Source of the DNA: an uncultured delta proteobacterium
GTDB taxonomy: Bacteria > Myxococcota > Kuafuiibacteriia > Kuafuiibacteriales > Kuafuiibacteriaceae
NCBI GenBank assembly: GCA_963803435.1
Contig: CAWDML010000009.1
Span: forward strand, 1,120,001-1,184,000
Length of the DNA stretch: 64,000 bases
Reading direction: 5' to 3'
Both the position numbers and the translations under genes were made by a program. Position 1 is the first letter of the stretch; the number at the start of each line of letters is the position of its first letter. Below the pieces are notes generated by a model, which saw only the letters and a program-made list of their open reading frames with translations, made no database searches and was not told the origin of the DNA. Of this stretch, positions 49,545-60,002 are shown piece after piece.

Positions 49545-51920
49545 GTGAGCGGTCGGGTAGGACCTTTCGAGGTCGTACGCGAGCTGTCGGATGCGCCCGG
49601 AGCGTGCCTGGTCGAGGCCCGCGATGCGGACGGCGAGCGGAGGTTGCTCCAGCTCGCGCGCTTTCGCGCTGCGGTCGACGACGGTGAGCGCGGGCAGCGT
49701 CAGGCAGAGGAGCGCGCCATCGCGCGACGGACCGCCGAGCTCATCGGCGATCCCGACGTGGTGGTGCACGCGCACGGCGGCACCGACGGGATCTCGGGCG
49801 AGCGCATCCTCTTTTGGGCGCTCCCCTACTCGGACCGGCCGCCGCTGGCCGGCCAGCGGTTGTCCACGGATGCCCTGATCGATCTGGGGGCGAAGCTCGC
49901 CGCGCGTCTCGTCGAGAGACACGGCGCCGGAAAGCTCGATCCCCTCCTCTCCGAGCACTTCGTGCGCCTCGACGCCGACGGCGAGGTGGAGATCGTCGGC
50001 GTCCCGCTGGCGATCGACCGGGGCTGGGCCGCGCCCGACATGCCGACGTTCCGGGCCGCCCCGGAGGAGAACGGATCCCCCACCCGCAGCGGCGATCTCT
50101 TCCGGCTGGGCCGCATGCTCGAGAACCTGGCGCCGGCCGATCTCCCCGAAGACGTGCGCCGCACGCTGGCGCGCCTCACCGCGGCCAACGGCGAGCGCTT
50201 CGGCTCGGCGCATCTCGCGCTGGAAGCGTTCGACGCGCTCTCCACCCCGTCGCGCCTGAGCGCGGCCTCGATCTCCACCGAGATCACCACGCCGCTGGAG
50301 CCGCCCTGGTCGACGTCGATCCCGGACGTGCTCGATCCGGCCGAGCCGGTGAGCGTGCCCGAGCTGGCGCCCACCGAGGTCACCTCGGGCCCGCTGGTGA
50401 CGGCCGATCCGGGCGCCGTCGCCTCCGAGGCGGTCACGCACACCGCCGAGCCGGTCACGCCGATCCCCTCCGAGTCGCCGCTGGTGGTGGAGGTCCAGCC
50501 CCGATCGACCAGCGCGGTCATCTCCCGCCAGACGGTGGAGATGGAGGCGCCGGAGACGGAGGTGCCCCCCGAGGATGACGCCGCGTTCGATGCGCTGGCG
50601 GCCTCGTGGCGGCAGCCGGTCCTGCCCGCCGGGGAGAGCCCCTGGAGCGAGGTCGTCGAGGCCCGGGGCGCCCATCACCGGCTGAAGGAGCAGTTCCCGG
50701 GCTTCCCGGACTCACTCCCGTTCATCGACACCAGGCCGAAGAAGCCGAGCGAGCTGCCGCCCGTCCCGCCGCGCCCGCTGCCGCCGCTGCCGGTCGACAA
50801 CGAGATCGACGAGGAGATCGCCGCGGCGATCACCGGCTTCAACGCGAAGAAGATCGTGACGGCCGTGCTGGCGCTGCTGGTGATCTTCGGTCTGTTCGCG
50901 GCCATCGCGCGGAGCGGCGATCCGTCCCGCGCACCCGCCGGTGAGGACGTGCTCGAGGCACCGCCCACCAACGAGCTGGTCCTCGAGTCGGATCCGCCCG
51001 GGGCGACGGTCATCGCCGAGTCGGATGGGGCGATCCTGGGAAAGACGCCGCTGTCGTTCCTGGTACCCCGGGGCAACCAGGCCAGCGTGTTCCTCGCGCT
51101 CCCCGACCACGAGCCGATCAAGATGACGCTGCCGGAGCGGGGCGCGGTGCGGGCGCGGCTGATGAGCCTCGACGTCTCGCCCTGCCGCGTGGATCTGACC
51201 GCGCTGGGCGGCGCGAAGCTCGAGGGGGTCGGGTTCGAGCTGGGCCCCAGCGGGAGCGCGATCCCGGGCGCCGGGATCGTTCGGGCGGCCGAGGGCCCGA
51301 GCCACGGTGCCTATCTCGTCACCTGCCCCAGCCTCGGCGGGAAGGAGAGCCGCGTGCTGGAGTTCGCGCCGCCGCGCGCCCAGGCGACCGTCCGCATCAC
51401 CGCGCCTGCCGGCGCCGGCGCCTATCTCGACGGCGATCCGATCGGAAAGGTTCCCACCGTGGCCAAGGCGAAGCGGAGCTTCGCTCGCATCCGCGTCGAC
51501 AGCGCCTCCGGGATGAGCGAGGAGCGCCTGGTCCCCACGGACCGCGACCTCGAGGTGCGCATGCCCACGCCCAAGCCCCGTCGCCTCCCGGTGCTGGTCG
51601 TGCCCGGCGAGAGCGAGGAGCAGAGCGCCGAGGAGGCCGAGATCGAGGAGGTGCGGCAGCTGGCGCCATCTCCCGAGGCGGCACTGCACTACAAGCGCGC
51701 CCTCGAGGCCCTCGACGGCGGTGACACCCGCAGCGCGAAGTCGGAGCTCCAGGAGTGCCTCGCGAACGACTCGAACGACGCGCTCTGCCACCGCGAGATC
51801 GCGGAGCTCTACCGGCGCCTCCGGAGCCCTCAGAAGGCGCGGGAGCACTATCTGCGGTACCTCGAAATCATCCCCTCGGCCCCCGACGCCGAGAGAATTC
51901 GCGCCGTCCTCAACGAGTGA
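49545..51920 (+). CDS. Membrane pseudokinase with extracytoplasmic PEGA and TPR domains
   Basis: VGPFEVVREL, AAPE, GDLFRLG and ERFGSA kinase remnants without HRD/DFG; TM helix; LESDPPGATV..LGKTP PEGA; C-terminal TPR. Confidence 0.7.
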   Translation: MSGRVGPFEVVRELSDAPGACLVEARDADGERRLLQLARFRAAVDDGERGQRQAEERAIARRTAELIGDPDVVVHAHGGTDGISGERILFWALPYSDRPPLAGQRLSTDALIDLGAKLAARLVERHGAGKLDPLLSEHFVRLDADGEVEIVGVPLAIDRGWAAPDMPTFRAAPEENGSPTRSGDLFRLGRMLENLAPADLPEDVRRTLARLTAANGERFGSAHLALEAFDALSTPSRLSAASISTEITTPLEPPWSTSIPDVLDPAEPVSVPELAPTEVTSGPLVTADPGAVASEAVTHTAEPVTPIPSESPLVVEVQPRSTSAVISRQTVEMEAPETEVPPEDDAAFDALAASWRQPVLPAGESPWSEVVEARGAHHRLKEQFPGFPDSLPFIDTRPKKPSELPPVPPRPLPPLPVDNEIDEEIAAAITGFNAKKIVTAVLALLVIFGLFAAIARSGDPSRAPAGEDVLEAPPTNELVLESDPPGATVIAESDGAILGKTPLSFLVPRGNQASVFLALPDHEPIKMTLPERGAVRARLMSLDVSPCRVDLTALGGAKLEGVGFELGPSGSAIPGAGIVRAAEGPSHGAYLVTCPSLGGKESRVLEFAPPRAQATVRITAPAGAGAYLDGDPIGKVPTVAKAKRSFARIRVDSASGMSEERLVPTDRDLEVRMPTPKPRRLPVLVVPGESEEQSAEEAEIEEVRQLAPSPEAALHYKRALEALDGGDTRSAKSELQECLANDSNDALCHREIAELYRRLRSPQKAREHYLRYLEIIPSAPDAERIRAVLNE

Positions 51921-51969
51921 GCCCCTGCGGGCTTCCTCAGAAGCCTTCCGCCACGTATAGGATCCGCCG

Positions 51970-53860
51970 GTGCGCCGGCTCGAGGCTGTGGTCTCCGGAG
52001 CAGCGCTGATCGCCGTGTTGCTGGCCCTGGTCGGCTTCGCGACGCAGGTGCTGGGCGCGCACGGTGCCTTCTCCACCATCGGCAGCCTGGCGGCGATCCC
52101 GCCCTCGCCACCGGACGGGTTCTGGCCGCTCTTGGCGTTCACGATGGTGCTGGCCGGCGCGGCGCTGGCGCGGACGCGGGCGCTCTCGTCGGCCCGGGCG
52201 GTGGCGGCGGCGGTGGCGCTCCTGGTGGCGACCGTCTTCGCGGGCCTCGCCACCCCGATCGGTCACACGTTTGGCGCGGTGGTGCTGGCCGGGACCGGCG
52301 CGGTGCTGGTGGCGGCGCTGGCGCTGCCGATCCCGGAGCGGGCGCCGCCGGCCTGGACCCGCTGGTTGCCGCTCATCCTGTGGCTCGGGGTGGCGGCGGT
52401 GATGGCGCTGTTCTCCATGCACCGCCACTGGGCGTTCGGCTCCGGCAGCTGGGACATGGGCTGCATGATCCACAACTTCTATCGAGCGTCGCGCTTCCTC
52501 GACTCCACCTCCACGGTGCTCGGCGACGTCGACTTTCTCGGCGATCACTTCATGATCGGCATCTACCTGTATGCGCCGATCGAATGGATCGACAGCTCGG
52601 GCTACACGCTGCTGGCGATCCAGTCGATCAACCTGGCGGCGGCCGCGCCCGCGATCTTCCTGATCGCGCGCCACCGCGGCGCCGGCGTCGCCGCCTCCAC
52701 GGTGCTGGCCCTCGCCGGCGGGCTCGCGTTTGGGATGCAATCGGCCGCGTACTTCGACAGCCACGAGATCACGGTCGGCTTCGGCTTCCTCTGCTTCGGG
52801 ATCTGGGCGCTCGAGACCGAGCGGTTCCGGCTGGCCTCGCTCTTCCTGGTGCTGTTCGCGCTGTTCAAGGAGTCGCTCGGCGCCTACGTCGCGGCGCTGG
52901 GGCTGCTGGCGATCTGGCGCGGGATCCGGGCCCGCGATCGCCGCCCGATGGCCTACGGTGCCGCCTGGATCGCGTTCGGCGTGATCTGGTTCGTCCTGGT
53001 GAACCGGGTGTTCATGCCCGCCCTGATCGCGCGGGCGAACCCGCCCGAGGCGCACGAGACCTTCGCCGACTTCGGTCCCACGGTGTTCGAGGCCGCCGTG
53101 GGGATCGCGACCCATCCGCTGAAGGCGCTGGCGGCGATCTTCGTCCAGGACGAGAAGGTGCAGAGCCTCGCCGTGACGTTCCTCGGGCTCGGCGGTCTCG
53201 CGTTCTTCGCGCCCGAGATCGGCCTGGCCGCCGCGCCCTTGATCGCCGAGCGGTTCCTCTCCTCGAAGTCCACCATGTGGGAGATGGGCTATCACTACGC
53301 GGCGCCGCTCTCGCTGTACGTCGCCTGGGCCGCCGCGATCGGTTGGCCCCGGGCGCGGCGTCTGGCGTCGCGCGGGCTGGATGCGCTGGCGCCGGGCCTC
53401 GGGGCGCGGGCGGGACCGGCGCTCGGACTGTACGTGCTGGCGTCGGCGCTCCTGGTGAACGGGTTCGGCTACCGCCACCCGGCCAACTTCTACAAGTGGG
53501 ACGAGCCGTACTTCTCCACTCCGCCGCGCCGGCGCGCGCACCAGCACGCGATCGCGTTCATCGAGGCGAACGCGCCGCTCGACGCGCGGCTGGCGGTGCA
53601 GAACCGGATCCTGCCCCATCTCGCGGACCGCCCCTTCGTGTACCGGCTCGGCGACTATCCGCGCGCCGACTGGGTGCTGCTCTCGATCGGCGAGTCCGCC
53701 TGGCCGTGGCCCGATCAATATCCGCGGCAGGTGGCGCGATCCCCTCCGGGCCTCCGACGACTTCACGCTGGTGTTCGCCGAGGAGGGGACCGCCGTGTTC
53801 GCCCGCAGGAAGGTGACGGATCTGCCCGAAGCGCCCGTGACGGAGGCGCTGGTGCGGTGA
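51970..53860 (+). CDS. DUF2079-type polytopic membrane protein (putative GT-C glycosyltransferase); frameshift at ~53742
   Basis: SWDMG, FLGDHF, FDSHE, FKES and YHY motifs; removing one C continues SLRASDDFTLVFAEEG to TGA at 53858-53860. Confidence 0.78.
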
Positions 53861-53927
53861 TCTGGGGGTCCGGGCGGGGCTTTGGTGCTTGCTCCCCCTC
53901 CTCGAGGGACGGTAGAACCTCGACGTC

Positions 53928-54281
53928 GTGGGTGGTTACGGCACGATCTTGATCTTGTTCGTGGTCGCGTCCGGGATCGCGGGCGCGTTCCACTTCCTGG
54001 CGTCGACCCTGGGGCCGCGCGCCCAGAATGCGATCAAGGCCGAGCCGTTCGAGTGCGGAAACCTGGTCGAGGCCCGGATCAAGCCGCGCGTCTCGGTGAA
54101 GTTCTACATCGTGGCGCTGCTCTTCATCCTCTTCGACATGGAGACCGTCTTCCTCTTCCCCTGGGCGGTGGTGTTCAAGGAGCTGGGCTGGATCGGGTTC
54201 TGGAGCATGATCAGCTTCGTCGGCGTGCTCGTCCTGGGGTTGGTGTACGTGTGGAAGAAAGGTGCGCTCGACTGGGATTGA
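53928..54281 (+). CDS. nuoA: NADH-quinone oxidoreductase subunit A (second copy)
   Basis: PFECG, FYIVALLFILFDME and WKKGALDW. Confidence 0.93.
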   Translation: MGGYGTILILFVVASGIAGAFHFLASTLGPRAQNAIKAEPFECGNLVEARIKPRVSVKFYIVALLFILFDMETVFLFPWAVVFKELGWIGFWSMISFVGVLVLGLVYVWKKGALDWD

Positions 54282-54302
54282 GCGGGCGTCTAGGGTAGCG
54301 AC

Positions 54303-54845
54303 ATGACAGCGGAGCAGAATCTCCTCGGCCAGGATGCCGCCACCACCACCGTAGAGGCGGCCGAGGGCTTCTTTCGCAAGCTCCTCAACAAGAACGAGAA
54401 GGTGCAGGAGGTCGTGAACTGGGGCCGGCGCTGGTCGTTCTTCCAGTACCCGTTCGTCACGGCCTGCTGCGGGATGGAGTACATGGCCGCGGCCGGCCCG
54501 CGCTACGACTACGCCCGCTTCGGCGCCGAGCTCCCGCGGTTCTCTCCGCGTCAGGCCGACCTCCTGATGGTGGTGGGCACGATCAGCCACAAACAGGCGC
54601 CGATCCTTCGCACCGTCTACGAGCAGATGGCGGAGCCCAAGTGGGTGATCAGCTTCGGCGTCTGCGCCTCCAGCGGCGGCTTCTACCGCAACTACTCCAC
54701 GGTCCAGGGGATCGACACCATCATTCCGGTAGACGTCTACATTCCCGGGTGCCCGCCGCGGCCGGAGGCGGTGCTCGACGCGATCATGATGCTGCAGAAC
54801 AAGGTCACCGCGGAGCGACGCCCGCTCCTGCCGGTCGTGAAGTGA
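54303..54845 (+). CDS. nuoB: NADH-quinone oxidoreductase subunit B (second copy)
   Basis: [21 protein letters not shown] and PGCPPRPE. Confidence 0.95.
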   Translation: MTAEQNLLGQDAATTTVEAAEGFFRKLLNKNEKVQEVVNWGRRWSFFQYPFVTACCGMEYMAAAGPRYDYARFGAELPRFSPRQADLLMVVGTISHKQAPILRTVYEQMAEPKWVISFGVCASSGGFYRNYSTVQGIDTIIPVDVYIPGCPPRPEAVLDAIMMLQNKVTAERRPLLPVVK

Positions 54846-54855
54846 GGATGCCCGC

Positions 54856-55353
54856 GTGAGCAAGCTCGCCCTCGACCGCCTCCTCGAGAAGTTCCCGGAC
54901 GAGGTGGTGTCGCACCACTCGGACCACGGCGACGACACTGCGGTGGTGAAGACGCCGCGCTTCGTCGAGATCTGCGAGCTCCTCCGCGACGATCCGACCA
55001 CGCGCCTCGAGATGCTGATGGACCTGACCGTCGCCGACTACCTCGGCGTGAAGGAGCCCCGCTTCGAGGTCGTCTATCACCTCTACTCCCTCAGCAAGAA
55101 CCACCGGCTTCGCCTGAAGATCGAGGTGCCCGAGGACGACACCAAGGTCCCGAGCGTCCTGTCGGTGTGGAAGTCGGCCAACTGGATGGAGCGCGAGGCC
55201 TGGGACCTCTACGGGATCAAGTTCACCGGACACCCTGATCTGCGCCGGATCCTCCTCTACCCGCAGTTCGAGGGGCATCCGCTGCGCAAGGACTACCCGC
55301 TGGAGAAGCGTCAGCCGCTGGTCCCGCCAGCGCCGGGTCGCCGCCACCTCTGA
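54856..55353 (+). CDS. nuoC: NADH-quinone oxidoreductase subunit C (second copy)
   Basis: RFEVVYHLYS, ANWMEREAWDLYG and GHPLRKDYP. Confidence 0.94.
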   Translation: MSKLALDRLLEKFPDEVVSHHSDHGDDTAVVKTPRFVEICELLRDDPTTRLEMLMDLTVADYLGVKEPRFEVVYHLYSLSKNHRLRLKIEVPEDDTKVPSVLSVWKSANWMEREAWDLYGIKFTGHPDLRRILLYPQFEGHPLRKDYPLEKRQPLVPPAPGRRHL

Positions 55354-55372
55354 CCGACGCTATCCTCCCCAT

Positions 55373-58222
55373 GTGCGCGCGCCCGCCCTCGCCCTCGGCG
55401 TCGCGCTTCTCGCAACCCAGCTTGCACACGCTGCGGCGCCCCGCGCGAGCTGGCACACCGTGGTCACGCCCAACTTTCGCGTCCACTACCACGAGGACCT
55501 GAGGGCGCTGGCGATCCGGGTCAGCAACCTGGCCGAGAACGTCCTGCCGGAGCTGTCCCGGATCCTGGGGAACCGGCCCGACACGCCGATCCACATCGTG
55601 CTCTCCGACGACATGGATTCGCCCCAGGGCTTCGCTGAGGTGCTCCCCGAGAACGTGGTGACACTCTTCCCGGCCGTGCCCGCGCCCACCTCCGAGCTCG
55701 GGGACTTCGACGACTTCATGCGCCTGCTCCTGATCCACGAGATGACGCACATCGTCCATCTGGACACGATCGGCGGCATCCCCGCCGCCTTCAACCAGCT
55801 GTTCGGCAAGCAGTGGTCGCCGAACCTGATCCAGCCGCGCTGGGTGGTCGAGGGCATCGCGGTCAACCTCGAGTCCCACTTCACCAGCGCAGGCCGCATC
55901 CGCAGCAACCAGGTCGACATGATCATGCGTGCGCAGATCATCTCCAACGTCTTCCCGCCGATCGACGAGCTTTCGAACATCAACCGGCGCTTCCTGTTCG
56001 GCAACTTTCCCTGGATCTTCGGCGGGCGACTCATCGACTTCATCGGCCGGACCTACGGGGAGGACGCGATCGCGCAGATCTCCCACGAGTACGGCGAGCG
56101 CCCGCTGCCCTATGCGATCAACCTGGTCACTGAGCACGCCACCCAGCGGTCGATGGTCGACATCTACGGCGAGTGGGAGGCGTGGGAGCGGCGCCACGCA
56201 GAGGGGCTGCTGGCGCGGATCCGGGCGGAGGGAGTGGTGGAGGGCGAGCGGATCCCTCGGGAGGCCGCCGTGGTCCGGAACCTCGAGATGTCACCGACCG
56301 GGGAGCTGGCGTTCGTCGAGGAGCCCCGGGACGGAGACACCGAGCTGGTGGTGCTGGCGCCGGATCTGAAGACCGAGCGGGTCCGCCTGCGCACGTCGTC
56401 CGGCCTGTGCTCGTTCACGCCGGACGGACGGCGCCTGGTGGCGACCATCGCCGACTCCTACCAGCACGCCTACTTCTTCGACGACCTCGAGATCATCGAC
56501 GTGGCCACCGGCCGCCGCCGCCGCCGCACCTCGGGGGCCCGGATCAGCGATCCCGACCTCTCCCCCGACGGTCGGACCATCGCGGCCGTCCAGCAGCGAT
56601 CCGGCCGGACCTGGATCGTCACGCTCCCCCTCGAGTCGGGCGAGCCGAAGGTGATGTACCAGCCGGAGGAGGGTGACCAGGTGGCCGAGCCGCGCTGGGC
56701 GCCCGACGGCGCCTCGCTGGTGTGGTCGATGCTCGATCCCAGCGGGGCCCGCAACCTGGTGCGCTATCGCCCGGCGAGCGGCCGCCTCGAGCGCCTCACC
56801 GAGGGCATGGCGCACGACGTGGATCCGCTGTGGTCGCCGGACGGACGCGCGATCTACTTCGCGAGCGATCGCGGCGGCGTCTTCAACGCGTATCGCGTCG
56901 ACCTCGAGAGTCACGCGCTCGTCAAGGTCACGAACGTCGAGACCGGCGTCTTCGATCTCGCGATCTCGCCCGACGGGCGGGACCTCTACTTCGCGCTCTT
57001 CAACGCGTTCGGCTACGACCTCCACCGCCTCTCCACCGAGCAGAGAGGCATGGCCCCGGATCCGGAGCTGGTGCGGCCGGTCGCCACCGCCAGCGCGGCG
57101 GTCGCGGTCTTCCCGATCGAGCGCTACTCCCCGTGGGAGACCTTGATCCCGAAGACCTGGCTGCCCAACACCGGCACCGACGGCGTCGGCAACACGATCG
57201 GCGTCTCGATCCTCCAGGCCGACGCGCTCCGCCAGCACGCGTACACCTTCGACCTGCACTACGGGATCGAGAGCCGGCGCCTCGGCTACTACGCGAGCTA
57301 CTACAACGCCATGCTGGTCACGCCGATCAGCCTGTCGTCCTCGCTGGTCGCGACCACCCGGCCCGGCTCGTTCGCGCCCGCCACACCCGACCAGGATCGA
57401 CTCCAGTCGATCTGGCGCTGCTCGCTCGGCTTCTCGGTCCCGCTGGGCGCCTGGGACACCGGACACGCGCTCTCCTTCAACTACAGCATCGAGCTCCGGC
57501 GGGGCCTCACGCTCTTCTCCGACGATCCGTTCCAGACTGCCCCCCCGCTCGATCCGAACCTGACGCTGTCCGCGATCTCCGTGGGCTGGAGCTTCAGCAA
57601 CGCGCGCGGGTTCGCCGAGTCGATCAGCGCCGCCGCCGGCCATTCGCTCTCGGTCAACGTCCGCTTCAACGATCCGGTGCTCGGCTCGGACCTCCGCATC
57701 ATCGAGATCGTGGGCCGCTGGAGCGGGTTCCTGACGCTGCCTTGGCTCGAGCACCACGTGCTGGCGCTTCGGGTCGCGGTCGGCGGCTCGGCCGGAGACA
57801 GCCGGGGCCGCAGCGTCTTCGTTCTGGGCGGCCTCCCGGTGCGGAACATCCTCTCCGACGCCATCGACGGCATCGGCGTGGGATCGGAGGTGATCCGCGG
57901 CTACGAGCCGAGCGTGCTCCGCGGCAACGCGTTCTACCTCGGCACGCTCGAGTACCGCCTCCCGCTCTGGGTGATCGCGTGGGGCGTGAAGACCATCCCG
58001 CTGTTCCTGGATCGCCTGACCGCGGCCGCGTTCGTCGACGCGGGCGCCACCCCGAACGGTCGCCTCCGCGTACAGGACACCAAGGCCGGTGTCGGTGGCG
58101 AGCTCCGGCTGGATCTCGACGTGGGCTATGTCGAGGGCTTCACGCTCCGCTTCGGCTACGGGCGCGGGTTGATGGAGGGCGGGATCGACAACTGGTACCT
58201 GGTGCTGGGCGGCGTATATTGA
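55373..58222 (+). CDS. Omp85/BamA-like outer-membrane protein with an N-terminal zinc-peptidase domain and a PD40/TolB propeller
   Basis: Signal peptide; IHEMTH..WVVEG; repeated P.WSPDG; IRGYE..LEYRLPL..AFVDAG barrel signature; terminal Tyr. Confidence 0.8.
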   Translation: MRAPALALGVALLATQLAHAAAPRASWHTVVTPNFRVHYHEDLRALAIRVSNLAENVLPELSRILGNRPDTPIHIVLSDDMDSPQGFAEVLPENVVTLFPAVPAPTSELGDFDDFMRLLLIHEMTHIVHLDTIGGIPAAFNQLFGKQWSPNLIQPRWVVEGIAVNLESHFTSAGRIRSNQVDMIMRAQIISNVFPPIDELSNINRRFLFGNFPWIFGGRLIDFIGRTYGEDAIAQISHEYGERPLPYAINLVTEHATQRSMVDIYGEWEAWERRHAEGLLARIRAEGVVEGERIPREAAVVRNLEMSPTGELAFVEEPRDGDTELVVLAPDLKTERVRLRTSSGLCSFTPDGRRLVATIADSYQHAYFFDDLEIIDVATGRRRRRTSGARISDPDLSPDGRTIAAVQQRSGRTWIVTLPLESGEPKVMYQPEEGDQVAEPRWAPDGASLVWSMLDPSGARNLVRYRPASGRLERLTEGMAHDVDPLWSPDGRAIYFASDRGGVFNAYRVDLESHALVKVTNVETGVFDLAISPDGRDLYFALFNAFGYDLHRLSTEQRGMAPDPELVRPVATASAAVAVFPIERYSPWETLIPKTWLPNTGTDGVGNTIGVSILQADALRQHAYTFDLHYGIESRRLGYYASYYNAMLVTPISLSSSLVATTRPGSFAPATPDQDRLQSIWRCSLGFSVPLGAWDTGHALSFNYSIELRRGLTLFSDDPFQTAPPLDPNLTLSAISVGWSFSNARGFAESISAAAGHSLSVNVRFNDPVLGSDLRIIEIVGRWSGFLTLPWLEHHVLALRVAVGGSAGDSRGRSVFVLGGLPVRNILSDAIDGIGVGSEVIRGYEPSVLRGNAFYLGTLEYRLPLWVIAWGVKTIPLFLDRLTAAAFVDAGATPNGRLRVQDTKAGVGGELRLDLDVGYVEGFTLRFGYGRGLMEGGIDNWYLVLGGVY

Positions 58223-58229
58223 TCCGTGC

Positions 58230-59868
58230 TCAGCCCAGCGGGCGGAGATCGGCGGTCTGCGTGGCCCCCTCCTCGGAGAGGTCGACCACCCGGAGACGCT
58301 CCATCCCTGCCGACGCCTGGAGCTCCGACAGGACCTCGGGCGTGATCTCGCCGTCGACGCTGACCGCGGCCTTGGCGCGGCGATCCTTCTCCAGGCGGGA
58401 GAGGGACAGGCGCGAGATGTTGATCCCGTGATCCCCCAGGATCGAGCCAATGCGCCCGATGATCCCCGGACGGTCGAAGTGGTCGGTGAGGAGGATGCGC
58501 CCCTCGGGGACGATCTCCAGGTAGAAGCCGTCGAGGCTGACCACGCGCGGGTCGTGCCCGGCGAAGAGCGCGCCGACGATCTCGGTGCTGCCGTCGGCGC
58601 CGCCCACCTTGATGGTGACGGCGTTGGCGAAGTCTTGCACCTTGCTGGTGCGCTCCTCGATGACCTCGATCCCGCGCTCCTCCGCCATCAACGGGGCGCT
58701 GACCATGTTGATCGAGCGTCCCAGCGCCGAGGCCAGGAAGCCGGTCAGCGCCGCCACCTTGATCGGCTGCGTGGTGATGTCCTTGGAGATCCCGGCCAGC
58801 GTCAGGCGGATCGTCTGCACGCTCTTCTCGTGCAGCTGCCCCGCCATCCGCCCCAGGATCTCTGCGATCCGCACGTACGGCCCCACGGTCTCCATCTGCT
58901 CGGCGGTCAGCGCCGGCGCGTTGAAGGCGTTCACGATGACCCCGCGCTTCAGGTATTGAACGATCTGCTCGGCCACCGCCACCGACACGTTGACCTGCGC
59001 CTCGCTGGTGGAGGCGCCCAGGTGCGGAGTCAGGACGACGTCGTCCCGCGAGAGGAACGGGTGATCGGCCGGCGGTGGCTCGGTGACGTACACGTCGAAG
59101 GCAGCGCCGGAGAGGTGCTTGCTGTCGAGCGCCTCGACCACCGCCTGCTCGTCCACCAGACCGCCGCGGGCCGCGTTGATCAGGAACGCGCCCTTCTTCA
59201 TCTTCGCCAGCGCGGCCCGGTCGATGATGTTCCGGGTCCCGTCCGTCAGCGGCACGTGGAGCGTGACCAGGTCCGAGCCGCCGAGCAGCTCGATCCAGCT
59301 CCACCAGCTCCACGCCCAGCTCGCGGGCTCGCGCCTTGGTGACGAAGGGATCGTACGCGATCACTCTCATCTTCAGGCCGAGGGCCCGGTTCGCGACGAT
59401 CTTTCCGATGTTTCCCAGGCCCACCACGCCGAGCGTCTTGCCGCAGAGCTCGCGGCCCTGGAACTTCGACTTCTCCCACTTGCCGGCCTTCAGGCTCGCG
59501 GTGGCTTGCGGGATCTTGCGGCACAGGGAGGCCATCAACGCGATCGCGTGCTCCGCCGTGGTGACCACGTTCCCCTCGGGCGTGTTCATCACCAGGATGC
59601 CGCGCTCGCTGGCGGCCCTGAGGTCCACGTTGTCGATCCCGATCCCGGCGCGGCCGATCACCTTGAGGCGATCGGCCCGGGCGATGACCTCCGCGGTGAC
59701 CTTGGTCTCGCTGCGGACGGCGAGCGCGTCGTAGCCGCTGATGATCTCGAGAAGCTCTGCCGGCGAAAGCCCTGGCCGGACGTCGAGCTTGATCCCATCC
59801 TCCTGCTCGAAGACGGACAGCCCCTCCTTGGCGAGCTTGTCGCTGACGAGCACTCTGAACTCGGCCAT
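58230..59868 (-). CDS. serA: D-3-phosphoglycerate dehydrogenase; frameshift at ~59293
   Basis: GRAGIGIDN, GLGNIG, INAARG and TPHLGAST; ASB and ACT domains; the two ORFs join at ELD-ELLGGSDLVTLHVP. Confidence 0.93.
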
Positions 59869-60002
59869 ATTCGGGCGCGGACCGTAGAACGCGGGCGGCA
59901 GCGAAGGAAGCCCAAACCCGAAGGGGGGCAAAATCCTCGCTTGCTTCGGAATCTCGGGCCTGACAAGTTCGCGGACTCACATCGGAAAGCATCCCCTGCA
60001 CG

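Noticed and set aside
58230-59868. serA and the other split genes as true pseudogenes or programmed frameshifts
   Set aside because: Single indels with fully conserved halves, no slippery heptamers, and clustering at GATC or G runs; sequencing error is more parsimonious
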